The position numbers and the translations under genes are program-made. Below, one piece after another: positions 1 through 9,602 of a stretch of 64,000 nt of DNA. Below the pieces are notes generated by a model that saw only the letters and a program-made list of their open reading frames with translations, was not told the origin of the DNA and did no database searches. Position 1 is the stretch's first letter; each line of letters opens with the position of its first letter. Source of the DNA: Oopsacas minuta (lineage: Eukaryota; Animalia; Porifera); NCBI GenBank assembly GCA_024704765.1, contig JAKMXF010000255.1, forward strand, positions 62,001 through 126,000, in the 5' to 3' direction.

Positions 1-1632
1 TGGCAGACATAGCATCCTCCCTTCTATCGTTAGTCAGCTCAGCAGTCGTAGCCTCTGCTAGGGTAGAGGTAGGTCCTGTGGGTGTTGGAGGAGACTCGGG
101 AGTCTCCATGGCTTGTAGATGTGAATTCACAAGATTTCTAGTAGCCTGTATGTGTATATGAATAATCATATGTATAATGTTATATAGCCTAACCTCCACA
201 AACGGGAAACATCTGGAAATGGAGTGAACTTAAATAGAGTGAATTCATGTCTCATACAAATAGACCCTCATAAAAGAGAATTTGGCAGAAAAGGCGAAGC
301 ATTTATCGGCGTCCCTGAGACCAGTTTGTGGAGGATACATTGAACATATATGATACTCACTTCATCATGTTCAGCTGTTCTAGGAACACCACAAGGTGTT
401 GGCACTCTCATGTCACACTCAGCTGCGATATAAAGAACTTGCTCCTTAGGTGTGAAGAGACATTCCAAAAGGGAAGGTGTGTTGTCTTGTGTCAGTGGAT
501 TCTCATACAGAGATTTTATACCAGCTGGTACGCTTATAGGCTCAGGTCGACAGTAGAAAGAATACACATTCTTTCTTGTGAGTATGTTGCTAGGGAGTAA
601 CAAATTGATACAATAGGTATTTACAACTTATTTTATATAATGTATACCTCTGAATAGCATCGCAACAGAATTTCCGTTTGATAGCCTCTTCGTTCACAGG
701 CTGTTTCATCATGTCCATTACTTCCATACGTTTTGTAACACGGGGATGTTGGAAGTTCTCGATATCATGGTGAGGATGACAGGGACACATCCACAGGCGG
801 GTAGGAGCGTTGGTTAGTGGCGGGTCTAAACAGTCCAAGTGGAACATGAGGGGACAGAAATCACAGAGTACGGTTGGACCGGTTTGAGATGTTCTATAAG
901 AATTTCACACAAAATAAGAAATTTTAAAATAATACATTTCAACTCACTTATTGCAGTAGAAACAGAATTCTCTCATTTCGAGATCTCGCTTGTCAAGAGG
1001 AGGCATGGTAGATAGCTGTCTGGAAGTATAACGGATATAAATACAATATGTATTAATTGTGAGTACACTAACTAACCCGTTAGCCATTTTAGCTGTTTCT
1101 CGCTTATCACCTGGAAATATAGTGTTCTTAGCGTAGGAAGGTGGTAGAGAGAATTGAGTGGAGTTAGATTTAGAGAGGGTGTGAGCCATGTCTTTCAGGA
1201 TACCTCTAAATTTGTTAGGTTCCTAGATAAGGGATAACTTCACATAGTATATTCCTAAAACAGTTTCCTTTAACTAACGTTAATGTTCCTGCATTTCCTA
1301 CACTTCCATTCTCCTTCAGGTAGCTCGTCAGGATCGACAGGAGGGTCACTGAGGAAATGAGAATAAATATTAGACAAAAATTTATAAGTACTGACAACTA
1401 ACTGGCAGTAGAAGTGGAATGCAGACGGACAGCTATCACAACAGAGTAGATCTCCACCTTCTTTACACGAGGAACAGAACTCATGATTAGACATCCTCCC
1501 TCCTTTCTTGCTGCTACTCATATGGGAGTGATAATGATGTCCTCCTCTGTGCTCCTCCTTGTTATCATGTGTTCCTCTCTTCCTGCTAGCAGCACGACTA
1601 GTGGCGGACTGGTGGGGAGCAACAAGTGCCAT
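1..1632 (-). CDS. PHF12: PHD finger protein 12-like (two PHD fingers), multi-exon, 3' end runs off the window
   Basis: Exon 1632-1403 encodes NHEFCSSCKEGGDLLCCDSCPSAFHFYC; a GT-AG intron (1349-1402) joins DPPVDPDELPEGEWKCRKC. Later exons give FCFYCNK and FHLDCLDPPLTNAPTRLWMCPCH, matching the PHF12 PHD1/PHD2 pattern. Confidence 0.85.
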
Positions 1633-2082
1633 TATTTTCTACAAATATATTGAAGTTACACAGACAGTCAATTCTCCTTGTATAGTAGCCATGACCCACA
1701 ATTATTACCTCGGTACATGCAAGTGATTGTTCCCATTTTACCAAATTCGAACATTCGATAAAAACCGGTTCGATATAGTGTAGCCTCCACAAACGAGGTA
1801 ACGGGATATCATTTTTCAGCGGCCCTGGCGGTTATAGTACTTTACTGTACTCTTATTTCTAAGTATTAAACTTACGTCCAGAACATAAATCGGTGCATCT
1901 ATACTCATCTCTCCTCTGATCTTGCTGAGGCTATTTTAATGTGCTTAGGGAATATTTGATGAAAGAATGTAAATTAGAAAATAATACTACAATAATTAGA
2001 CGCTAATCGTATAATGAGTGATTCAATAATTAAAGACAGTACAGAGACCTAACATTAAGTATTGACAGAGAGAGAGAAGAGA

Positions 2083-2292
2083 TTATAAATCTTTCCATTT
2101 ATTCTTGTAGATAGGAACATAATCCAATATAACTCTCCATTCAGTCATAAACACAAACATCACTGTGGCAGCTGTTGTGTATATGAATACTGGCTTTATC
2201 AAGAGGCGAGCTTTCTCTGTTGTGAGCGAGCCAAAGCTAAAAGTGACTCCTCTCGGTACGATCAGTCTCTTCATATAGCTGAAGTTAGGCAT
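2083..2292 (-). CDS. UQCR11: Cytochrome b-c1 complex small subunit (QCR10/UQCR11-like)
   Basis: 69 aa, one TM helix; C-terminal TEWRVILDYVPIYKNKW resembles the UQCR11 motif TDWRLILDWVP. Confidence 0.75.
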   Translation of the reverse strand: MPNFSYMKRLIVPRGVTFSFGSLTTEKARLLIKPVFIYTTAATVMFVFMTEWRVILDYVPIYKNKWKDL

Positions 2293-2736
2293 ATATGCTA
2301 ATGAATTGATCTAAGGCTAAACGAAAGAATTACTATCCAAATATGGTCTTAGTAACTAATGAATATTAATTGTTACGTAGCATAGTATTAGTATGATATG
2401 TTCAATTTTTGTGAAAAATTCAATTCAATTTTACGAGGAGGATCTATGTCCTCGAAATATTATATCTACATGTTTTCTGTTCAAGCGGTCAAGGGAATGA
2501 GGAGGTATGCGAAGTGTGACAGCCTCATTCTTTTGAATTACAAAACGGTGAAAAATCGTGACATGACACGGAGGGGGATATCAAAATTTAGGGAATTTTT
2601 GCCCCCATATAAGAAACACCATTTTAGAATTGTAAATTTTCTGAATTTAGCCCCAGGTAAATTTAATGTTAGCGTCTGTCAGCTGATAATTAAGTTAATC
2701 AAATTTGTGTTTTTATTATTTAATTAAAACTATTTT

Positions 2737-2922
2737 CTATTCTGTTGGCTCATTTTTATTTTCAATCTTTTTTGTAGTAAATGACTTCCACAGTCGTCCA
2801 GCATCCTTGAAAACGCCAGTTCCCTCAATAACCCAAAATCCATATGAAAATGTTATCAGAGTCCATCCTAGTATAAATGTCCTCCAGACCCTCAGGTTGG
2901 GTGTGGGTGGTTTGGTTAACAT
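2737..2922 (-). CDS. Small single-TM protein (61 aa), possibly a mitochondrial COX14-like factor
   Basis: ATG start, basic N-terminus, one hydrophobic helix (RTFILGWTLITFSYGFWVI), charged tail; fits between the actin-like gene and UQCR11. Identity is a weak guess. Confidence 0.45.
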   Translation of the reverse strand: MLTKPPTPNLRVWRTFILGWTLITFSYGFWVIEGTGVFKDAGRLWKSFTTKKIENKNEPTE

Positions 2923-2988
2923 CGATAAAGTATGCTATACTCAAAATGAAATATAATTACAAAGAGTTTGAATCAATAAAATAAATAT

Positions 2989-4134
2989 TCACAAACATTT
3001 TCTATGAATAAGAGAAGATCCATATTCATCATAGTCAAATCTACTGATACACATTCTATCGAAATGGTCTGATCTAGCTAGAAGTGATCCTCCTATCCAA
3101 CTGCTGTATTTCCTATCAGAAGGGGACATTACGTTAATTCTTGTATTATGAGGCGCTAGTTTAGACATCTCTTTATGTACACGTTCTGCCATACCGGGGA
3201 ATAATGTGTTACCACCTGATAATACTATGTTACCATATAAATACTGCTGTATCTCGTTATCACACTTCGTAATTGAGTTGTATGCTAGATCATGAATGCC
3301 TGAATATTCTTGTCCTATGAGTGAAGGGTTGAACAAAGGCTCGACACAGCGAAATCTCTCTCCGGCGATAGTAGCGAGATGAGCACCGTCAGGTAGCGTG
3401 TATGCTCTTTCAAACTCTGCACTGGCGTATGATTTCTCTAAATCGCACCCAAAATCATTTGATACAAACGCTAGACTCTCTTTCATTTTACTTATCGTAT
3501 TGATAAGAGGCTTATTGATTGAATTATGTAAGAAAAATGTAGGATTTTCTTCACAAAATATTTTCATAAGGTAATCAGTTATGTCCCGTCCTGCTATATC
3601 CAGACGTAATATAGAATCAGTTTGTATGTGTCCATTGAATACAGGTACAGAGTATGTTACTCCTTCTCCTGAATCTATTACAATCCCTGTACAACGACCT
3701 GAAGCGTATAAAGCTAATTGGGAAGTGTTGGAGACGTAGAGTTTGGGAGTGTTGAATGTTTCGAACATTATTTGAGTTGTTTTCTCTCTGTTGGTTTTAG
3801 GATTTAATGGCGGTTCAGTTATAAGCAGACTGTGTTCTTCTGGATAAACATGCAATTGATCATAGAACGTGTGATGCCATAGTTCTTCCATGTTATCCCA
3901 GTCAGTAACAACTCCATGCTCAATAGGGTATTTTAGGACTAGCATAGCACGTTTTGAAATAGCTTCATGAGCGCAAAACTTAGAACGAGGGAAATACGCT
4001 CTCATAGCTAATACCTTATGCGTACCTACAACTGATGGAAATACAAAACTTGGAGATTCTTGTAATGACAGTCCTGCCTTGATACAACCTGACCCATTGT
4101 CCAGGACTATGCTAGATAGTTTATCTACTGACAT
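2989..4134 (-). CDS. Divergent actin / actin-related protein, intronless
   Basis: DNGSGCIKAG, KYPIEHGVVTDWDNMEELWHHTF, LITEPPLNPKTNREK, NIVLSGGNTLFPG, KYSSWIGGS and C-terminal IHRKCL are actin motifs, with many substitutions relative to conventional actin. Confidence 0.92.
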   Translation of the reverse strand: MSVDKLSSIVLDNGSGCIKAGLSLQESPSFVFPSVVGTHKVLAMRAYFPRSKFCAHEAISKRAMLVLKYPIEHGVVTDWDNMEELWHHTFYDQLHVYPEEHSLLITEPPLNPKTNREKTTQIMFETFNTPKLYVSNTSQLALYASGRCTGIVIDSGEGVTYSVPVFNGHIQTDSILRLDIAGRDITDYLMKIFCEENPTFFLHNSINKPLINTISKMKESLAFVSNDFGCDLEKSYASAEFERAYTLPDGAHLATIAGERFRCVEPLFNPSLIGQEYSGIHDLAYNSITKCDNEIQQYLYGNIVLSGGNTLFPGMAERVHKEMSKLAPHNTRINVMSPSDRKYSSWIGGSLLARSDHFDRMCISRFDYDEYGSSLIHRKCL

Positions 4135-4202
4135 TCTATAAATAGAATAAACAAATTTGAAAACTATTCTAATAACATTTTGTATTTTATTTACAACATA
4201 AA

Positions 4203-4229
4203 AATAATAATAATAATAATAATAATAAT
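4203..4229. repeat. (AAT)9 microsatellite
   Basis: Direct reading of the sequence. Confidence 0.9.
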
Positions 4230-4290
4230 CTCAATGGAGTACTTTTGATAATTATAGTCGGTCTGATAGAATTGGTCAAATTTCAATTTG

Positions 4291-4655
4291 AGTAGAGTAC
4301 CTAGCATAGCCCTGGACAATGGGTCAGGTTGTATCAAGGCAGAACTGGCAATACAAGAATTCCCGTCAGTTGTAGGTCTATAATGTGTCATTTTCTGAAT
4401 AATAGCATTCGTGGCTCGCATGACGAGGAAGAAATTTCAAAACGTGCATATCTAAAGTGCTAAGATACCCTAGTGTGCATGAGGTTTAACACATTGTTCC
4501 AGGGTATGGCAGAACGTGTACATAAAGCGCAGAGATAACATAATCCCCTCTATTGACAGGAGATACAACAGTTGGATAGAGGATCATTTCTAGCTAGACC
4601 AGACCAACTCGATAGAATGTGTGTAAACAGAGTAACAGACTAGACTATAATTGTA
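4291..4655 (+). pseudogene. Inverted, internally deleted copy of the adjacent actin-like gene
   Basis: Plus strand shows agcatagccctggacaatgggtcaggttgtatcaaggcag (SIALDNGSGCIKA), aaacgtgca...taccct (KRA..KYP), aacacattgttccagggtatggcagaacgtgtacataaag (NTLF.GMAERVHK) and agttggatagaggatcatttctagctagaccagacc...gatagaatgtgt, colinear with 4134-2989 but with frameshifts and a ~700-nt central deletion. Confidence 0.85.
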
Positions 4656-4904
4656 TGTCCCTAATATTATTCATAGAAAGTGTTTTGAATAATTTCTTTG
4701 ATTAAAATTTTCATTCTCTTTTCCCAGTTTGTATGGATTTTGGTTGTAAGTATGAGATAGAGCGAACTTACGTTTTTGTCATAAAAATTATTTCCCAAGC
4801 CAACCACTAAACACTACAGGAACGTACTTGGGATGAATCGATAATATTTGTATCTCATGATTTTCTATATCATTTTATAACTCTAGTTCCTGCTAGCTAT
4901 AATT

Positions 4905-7900
4905 ATGTCGGGATTGGTTTCGTATAGTTATGACCCTAATTCAGAACAAGAAGTATCTGATTCTCCTATAGAATACCACCAGCAAGATGAACAACAGAAT
5001 AAGGTTAATATTAATGAATAAATACTCTTAACCATTCCAAAGTTACTTTTTGTATTTCTCCTATATCAGGAACAAACACAAATCGAGAAGAGACAAGAAT
5101 GTTCTGAACGGTGAGCTCAATTTATATTTCGTGTGTAATAGGGTAGTTACAATAGTTGGTTTATATTATGTATCATATAATAATGTGAGTTGGCTGTCTC
5201 GGAAAATTTAAAGAATCTCCGTTGATTTCCAAATCAGCATCATCGCTAGTTTTTATCTTATGAATCTTCTCTTGCTCTCTTTGTTTCCATCTTTTCTTTA
5301 TCTCATATACATTATTTGTCAAACTGTTTACCTCATCAGTCATTCTGTCTATATGCTCCTGTTGTGTAGATATCTCTTCTCTTAACACTTGATTCTCTTG
5401 TAAGAGGGTAACTACCTAGCGAATAATTATATTTAATTGTATTAATATCTGGTAATTATTGACTACCTTATCTGGTGTGTTCTTGATAGCTATGTCGGTT
5501 ATCTTCTTGAATATTTCGATCTTCTCTTGATTAGCTTTCTCTTTCATTTTTTCCGTCTCCTCTTCCACAAGATTATTCAGATCTCTTACTTCCTCTTCCT
5601 GTATCAATCTTAACCTCACTTGCTGTCCCTTCAGGTCGTAAATAGCCATTGCTTTAAGAGGATATTCTTTCTGTTGATAACTGATTAAGCTAGAGAGATG
5701 GTCTTGCTCTATTTTTACAAACTTATCCTATACACAATTTACTACGTAATATATATATATATTAATATTGCTGATATTTTCGCGAATAGAGACACCACAA
5801 GCATACTTGCCAACTGACCCGGTTTGGTGGGACAGTTTCGGATAAGTGTTGAGGCTAATATCAAACCTTAATTGTCCCGATTTTTCCTTCACTTAGGTTG
5901 ACAAGTATGCACAAAGCTCATAGACCCTGAAATTACAGCAAAATTGTAAAATCCATGTCGTTACCTCGTCTCTTAAAACGTTCTCCATTTTATCCATATC
6001 TCTCTTTAGAACTTGTCTCCTCTCCTCAGCTTTGTTTCTAGCCATCTCAACTTCTGTCTCATAGCCTTGTTTCAGTTTAGCTAGCTTCTCCATGAACTGT
6101 TCGTGCTTTTCTAACAGATTCCTGCTATCTATATCCATCTGTTTGTCTGTATGTTTAATCTCTAGCATTATGCGATGGTTCTCAGACTCCAGAAGCTCAG
6201 CTCTCTTTCTTAACCCTTCTAGCATGGAGTGCTTTTCCTGAATTATAGATTTCATTATCACTTTAGGCTTAGGATAGCTATATGATAGTTCATAAACACG
6301 TTATTTAATTATTTAACGGTTATCCTTACCTCCAAGGGTGCTTCTTCTTCCACTGATAATATCCTAATTTGACTGAGTTAGTTCTTGCTAGTACAGACGG
6401 TAGCTTCCCAAGTATTTCCCCAGCTTCATGAGTCTCTACATGGTGTCTAGCTAGACTCCCTGGTCCATGCACTGCTACATGAGGTCTCTTTCCCTGCTTT
6501 GTAGATAGTTTAGCTTCTCCTTGACTGACTACAGCACTGTCTCTACTATGCGGTTTAGACTGTCCTGAAGAAAGGAAAATTTCAGGGAGAGAGTTAGAGG
6601 GAGTGGTTAGGAGAGAAGCCGTGTTCATTGACATACCAAATAGTTTTGATTTGATTTGAGCTCTATTTCCATGCTAATTATACTTTGAATTGAATTAAGA
6701 TTTGTTGATACTTATCACTCAATTCTAATTGTTAAGGGTTGAAACGAATACCGGAATTATCCAGTTTTATGTTACATAGTTTGAATTAATTTTAGAATTA
6801 TTTTTTAGTGAAATGAGGAGAGTTCAAGAAAGGGACAGTGAGGTTATTCGAGAGAGGGAGTTTACCTCAAGGAGGAGAGATAGAGATTCTTCACCTCACA
6901 GGAGATCTCATAAACATCACAGACATAGGAGAAGCAGGTATGAATATAGTTAATGTTAAGACTTAACTTAATTCCTGTTATATCGAAGCTTAAAGGACTG
7001 CGATAATTATTTGGATATAACCTATCGAATTTATGTTACTTTTTTTTACTGTATGTATATTTGTTGATTAGACACTCAAGTTCTGATTCAGATTCACCTG
7101 ACAGACACAGGAACAGGAGGTATAGGAAGAGTCCCGGTAGACATTCTCGCTCTCCGAGACGTAGATACGATGATAGAGACCCTTCAGATCGCTCCTACAG
7201 ATCCAGGAGGGAGTACACCCCCCCTCGTACTATAACCAGTGCTCGGTCTCCCCCCAGATCCAATTGGCAAGGCTCCAGACGTCAACAGGGAGAAAATTCA
7301 ACCTCAGCACTGAATTCAACTGTCACGAACCCTGGCATACCTATACAACCGGGTAACCCTTATGGTATGTCTCAGGAGAAATTCCGGAATTTACAAAACA
7401 AGAAAAAGTTGTTATGGAGCAAAGATACAGAGGAGGTGAGAACCATGGACACTTAATACAATATTAAATACTTAATTAGTAAATCCGAGCCTCTGTTTTG
7501 ACGGTTTTTCGACTGTCTATTTAGCCAAACCTACTTCATACAACTCAACACTGTAGCAGCACAAGATAAGGTGAGACCTGTCATAATATAGAGTGATGAA
7601 ACAGCACAAGGAAGACAGTATTAATTCTCTTTAAATATTTCGTACTTTTTATTACCTTATCGTTCTTCTATTGCTATTAACTAAAATATAACTTATTTAG
7701 GATACAAGGACAACTCAAGGTAGTGTATACATCGCAGCAACAAGCTCGCTACCAGTCAATCAGGATAAGAAGGAAAAATTCTCTAAAATGATGGGTCTCA
7801 AATCTCCAAACATAGAACGCCTCCAAGCACCCTCCCAACACCCAGAAATGATACAATACGACAAGACACAAGAAGATCTACAGAAGCAATACGATGCTTC

Positions 7901-7964
7901 ACGAGTACATACTCATATGATGAAGGGATCAGGCCTCGGCTATGGGAATATATATCAAGTCTGA
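4905..7964 (+). CDS. RSRC2: Arginine/serine-rich coiled-coil protein 2 (SMAP domain), multi-exon
   Basis: Exons 4905-5003 and 5070-5110 splice in phase to 6809 (cg|t gaa atg), then 7072 onward. RS-rich middle; QEKFRNLQNKKKLLWSK and KEKFSKMMGLKS...DLQKQYDASRVHTHMMKGSGLGYG match the RSRC2 C-terminus; stop 7962-7964. Confidence 0.8.
5173..6634 (-). CDS. C20orf96-like coiled-coil protein, 4 exons, nested in RSRC2 intron 2
   Basis: Four spliceable coiled-coil exons; SLISYQQKEYPLKAMAIYDLKGQQVRLRLIQEEEVRDL resembles C20orf96 (LSTYMDHEYSIKSVQISTL...QQDELDDL). Confidence 0.65.
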
Positions 7965-8119
7965 ATATATTCATATATCAGCTGCGTTTATTAGTTATGA
8001 GTTTGGTAACGATTGGGGATTGTATTATTAATAATATTTACACTCTCTGGTTCAACCTTATTCGTTACAATTATTTCAATAGTTTGAATCAACATGTATT
8101 TAGATTTTAATTGGTAGAG

Positions 8120-9475
8120 ATGGCAGTATCAAATGGACCCAAAACTCCCTCCTCTCTCCCATCTATCCTAGACCCATACAGTATTGACAGTTTCTCATAC
8201 GAACAGGTTCAGGCCTCGCCTAACAAACAATCTATTCTCAGCTCAATAACTAAATGCGTAGAAGAGACAGAACTTAAACTGAGAGAGAACAACCTAGAAG
8301 GACTAACAGCTGAGATATACATTCAGTTAGGTCACTGGAATCTACATTTAAGAGAATTCAAGAAAACTATATCTGCCTACAATAAATACTCAATAATTTC
8401 TGGTACAAGACCAAACGATACTAAAATCCTATATGGATTGGGAGTAGCTAATTTGAACTTGAATAAACTAGATCAAGCTAAGCTTCAATTCAATAGGATA
8501 TTAGAGGTAGATGATCAGTTCCCTAAGAAACATATGATCTTTTATGCACTGGGAAAAATACATAAACTACAACGGAATTTCGATCAGAGCATAGAATTCT
8601 TTTGTCAGATCCTCTGCTTCCCAGAGCTTAGAGAGCGAGGTTTATTCCATCTAGCTCATCTATACATACTGAAAGGATCCTATCAAGAAGCTGTACATAT
8701 CCTACGAGGTCTGTTAACCTCAAATTTGACCTATGAAACACATCTAGCATCAGGACTAATGCTCCAGTGGTTACAGCTGCACTACTTCGCTTCTGTTCCA
8801 GATAACAAGATAATAACTCCAATCAATAGTCTCAATAATCAGCCTGGATTCATGAACTATTTATTCGGTAGAGTATTTGCTCAACTCGGAGACACGGTTA
8901 AAGCTTTTAACTCTTACAAGAAAGCATTTGAAAGCAAGAGCTGCTCTCCATTAATATGGTGCTCTATCGGTATACTATACCATCAACAACAGCAGGCATT
9001 GGACGCGCTGCAAGCCTACATATGTTCCCTACAGCTTGATCCAGGTTGTACACCCTCTTGGATTAATCTAGCTATTTTATATGAAGCATGTGGCCAGAAT
9101 ATAGATGCGCTTCTCTGCTATAAGAATACTATTAAGTATTTTAATGAAACACCATCTCTCCTAAACACATGGACACCTACAGCTCTTCAGAATAAGATAC
9201 AGTTCCTAGAGTCACTAGCTGGAGGGAATGAGAGCAGTCATTTAGCCCTGACTACAATGAGTAAGAATCTACCTACACTCAAATTGGCATGGTCTCTACC
9301 TGTGCCTATAGAACATATTCATAAGGTCAGATCTAATTCAGAGGCCCCTCTGCTTAATCCAGACCAGCTGTCTTTCTCTACTCACACCCCTCTACCCCCT
9401 CATGACCCCATTCACATCCCAACGAGCTCAGAAGTGAATGCTAACAATACACAAACTCCACCTCCTTCCTCTTAA
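8120..9475 (+). CDS. UTX/KDM6A-type TPR protein lacking the JmjC domain, intronless
   Basis: IQLGHWNLHL, WCSIGILYHQQQQALDALQAYICSLQLD and LPTLKLAWSLPVP match the UTX N-terminal TPR block; stop at 9473-9475; the next gene starts at 9603. Confidence 0.85.
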   Translation: MAVSNGPKTPSSLPSILDPYSIDSFSYEQVQASPNKQSILSSITKCVEETELKLRENNLEGLTAEIYIQLGHWNLHLREFKKTISAYNKYSIISGTRPNDTKILYGLGVANLNLNKLDQAKLQFNRILEVDDQFPKKHMIFYALGKIHKLQRNFDQSIEFFCQILCFPELRERGLFHLAHLYILKGSYQEAVHILRGLLTSNLTYETHLASGLMLQWLQLHYFASVPDNKIITPINSLNNQPGFMNYLFGRVFAQLGDTVKAFNSYKKAFESKSCSPLIWCSIGILYHQQQQALDALQAYICSLQLDPGCTPSWINLAILYEACGQNIDALLCYKNTIKYFNETPSLLNTWTPTALQNKIQFLESLAGGNESSHLALTTMSKNLPTLKLAWSLPVPIEHIHKVRSNSEAPLLNPDQLSFSTHTPLPPHDPIHIPTSSEVNANNTQTPPPSS

Positions 9476-9602
9476 TTAATGCGATTATACTAATGAGTTT
9501 ATTGGTGATAAATATTCTAATTTGCTTAATGCTACGTATAATCAATTCTATAAATTTGAAGTTATTTTGATATTTTAACAATCTCATCCTCTTTCTGTAG
9601 TA

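Noticed and set aside
2398-2956. Plus-strand ORFs 2398-2727 and 2705-2956
   Set aside because: Low-complexity AT-rich translations without motifs; the second is antisense to the small TM ORF.
4191-4421. 76-aa minus-strand ORF
   Set aside because: It is the antisense reading of the actin pseudogene plus the (AAT)n tract (poly-Ile); not a gene.
5111-5141. 31-nt intron that would make 4905-5210 a small stand-alone gene
   Set aside because: Much shorter than other introns here and would overlap the C20orf96-like 3' end; the in-phase splice to 6809 is a better explanation.
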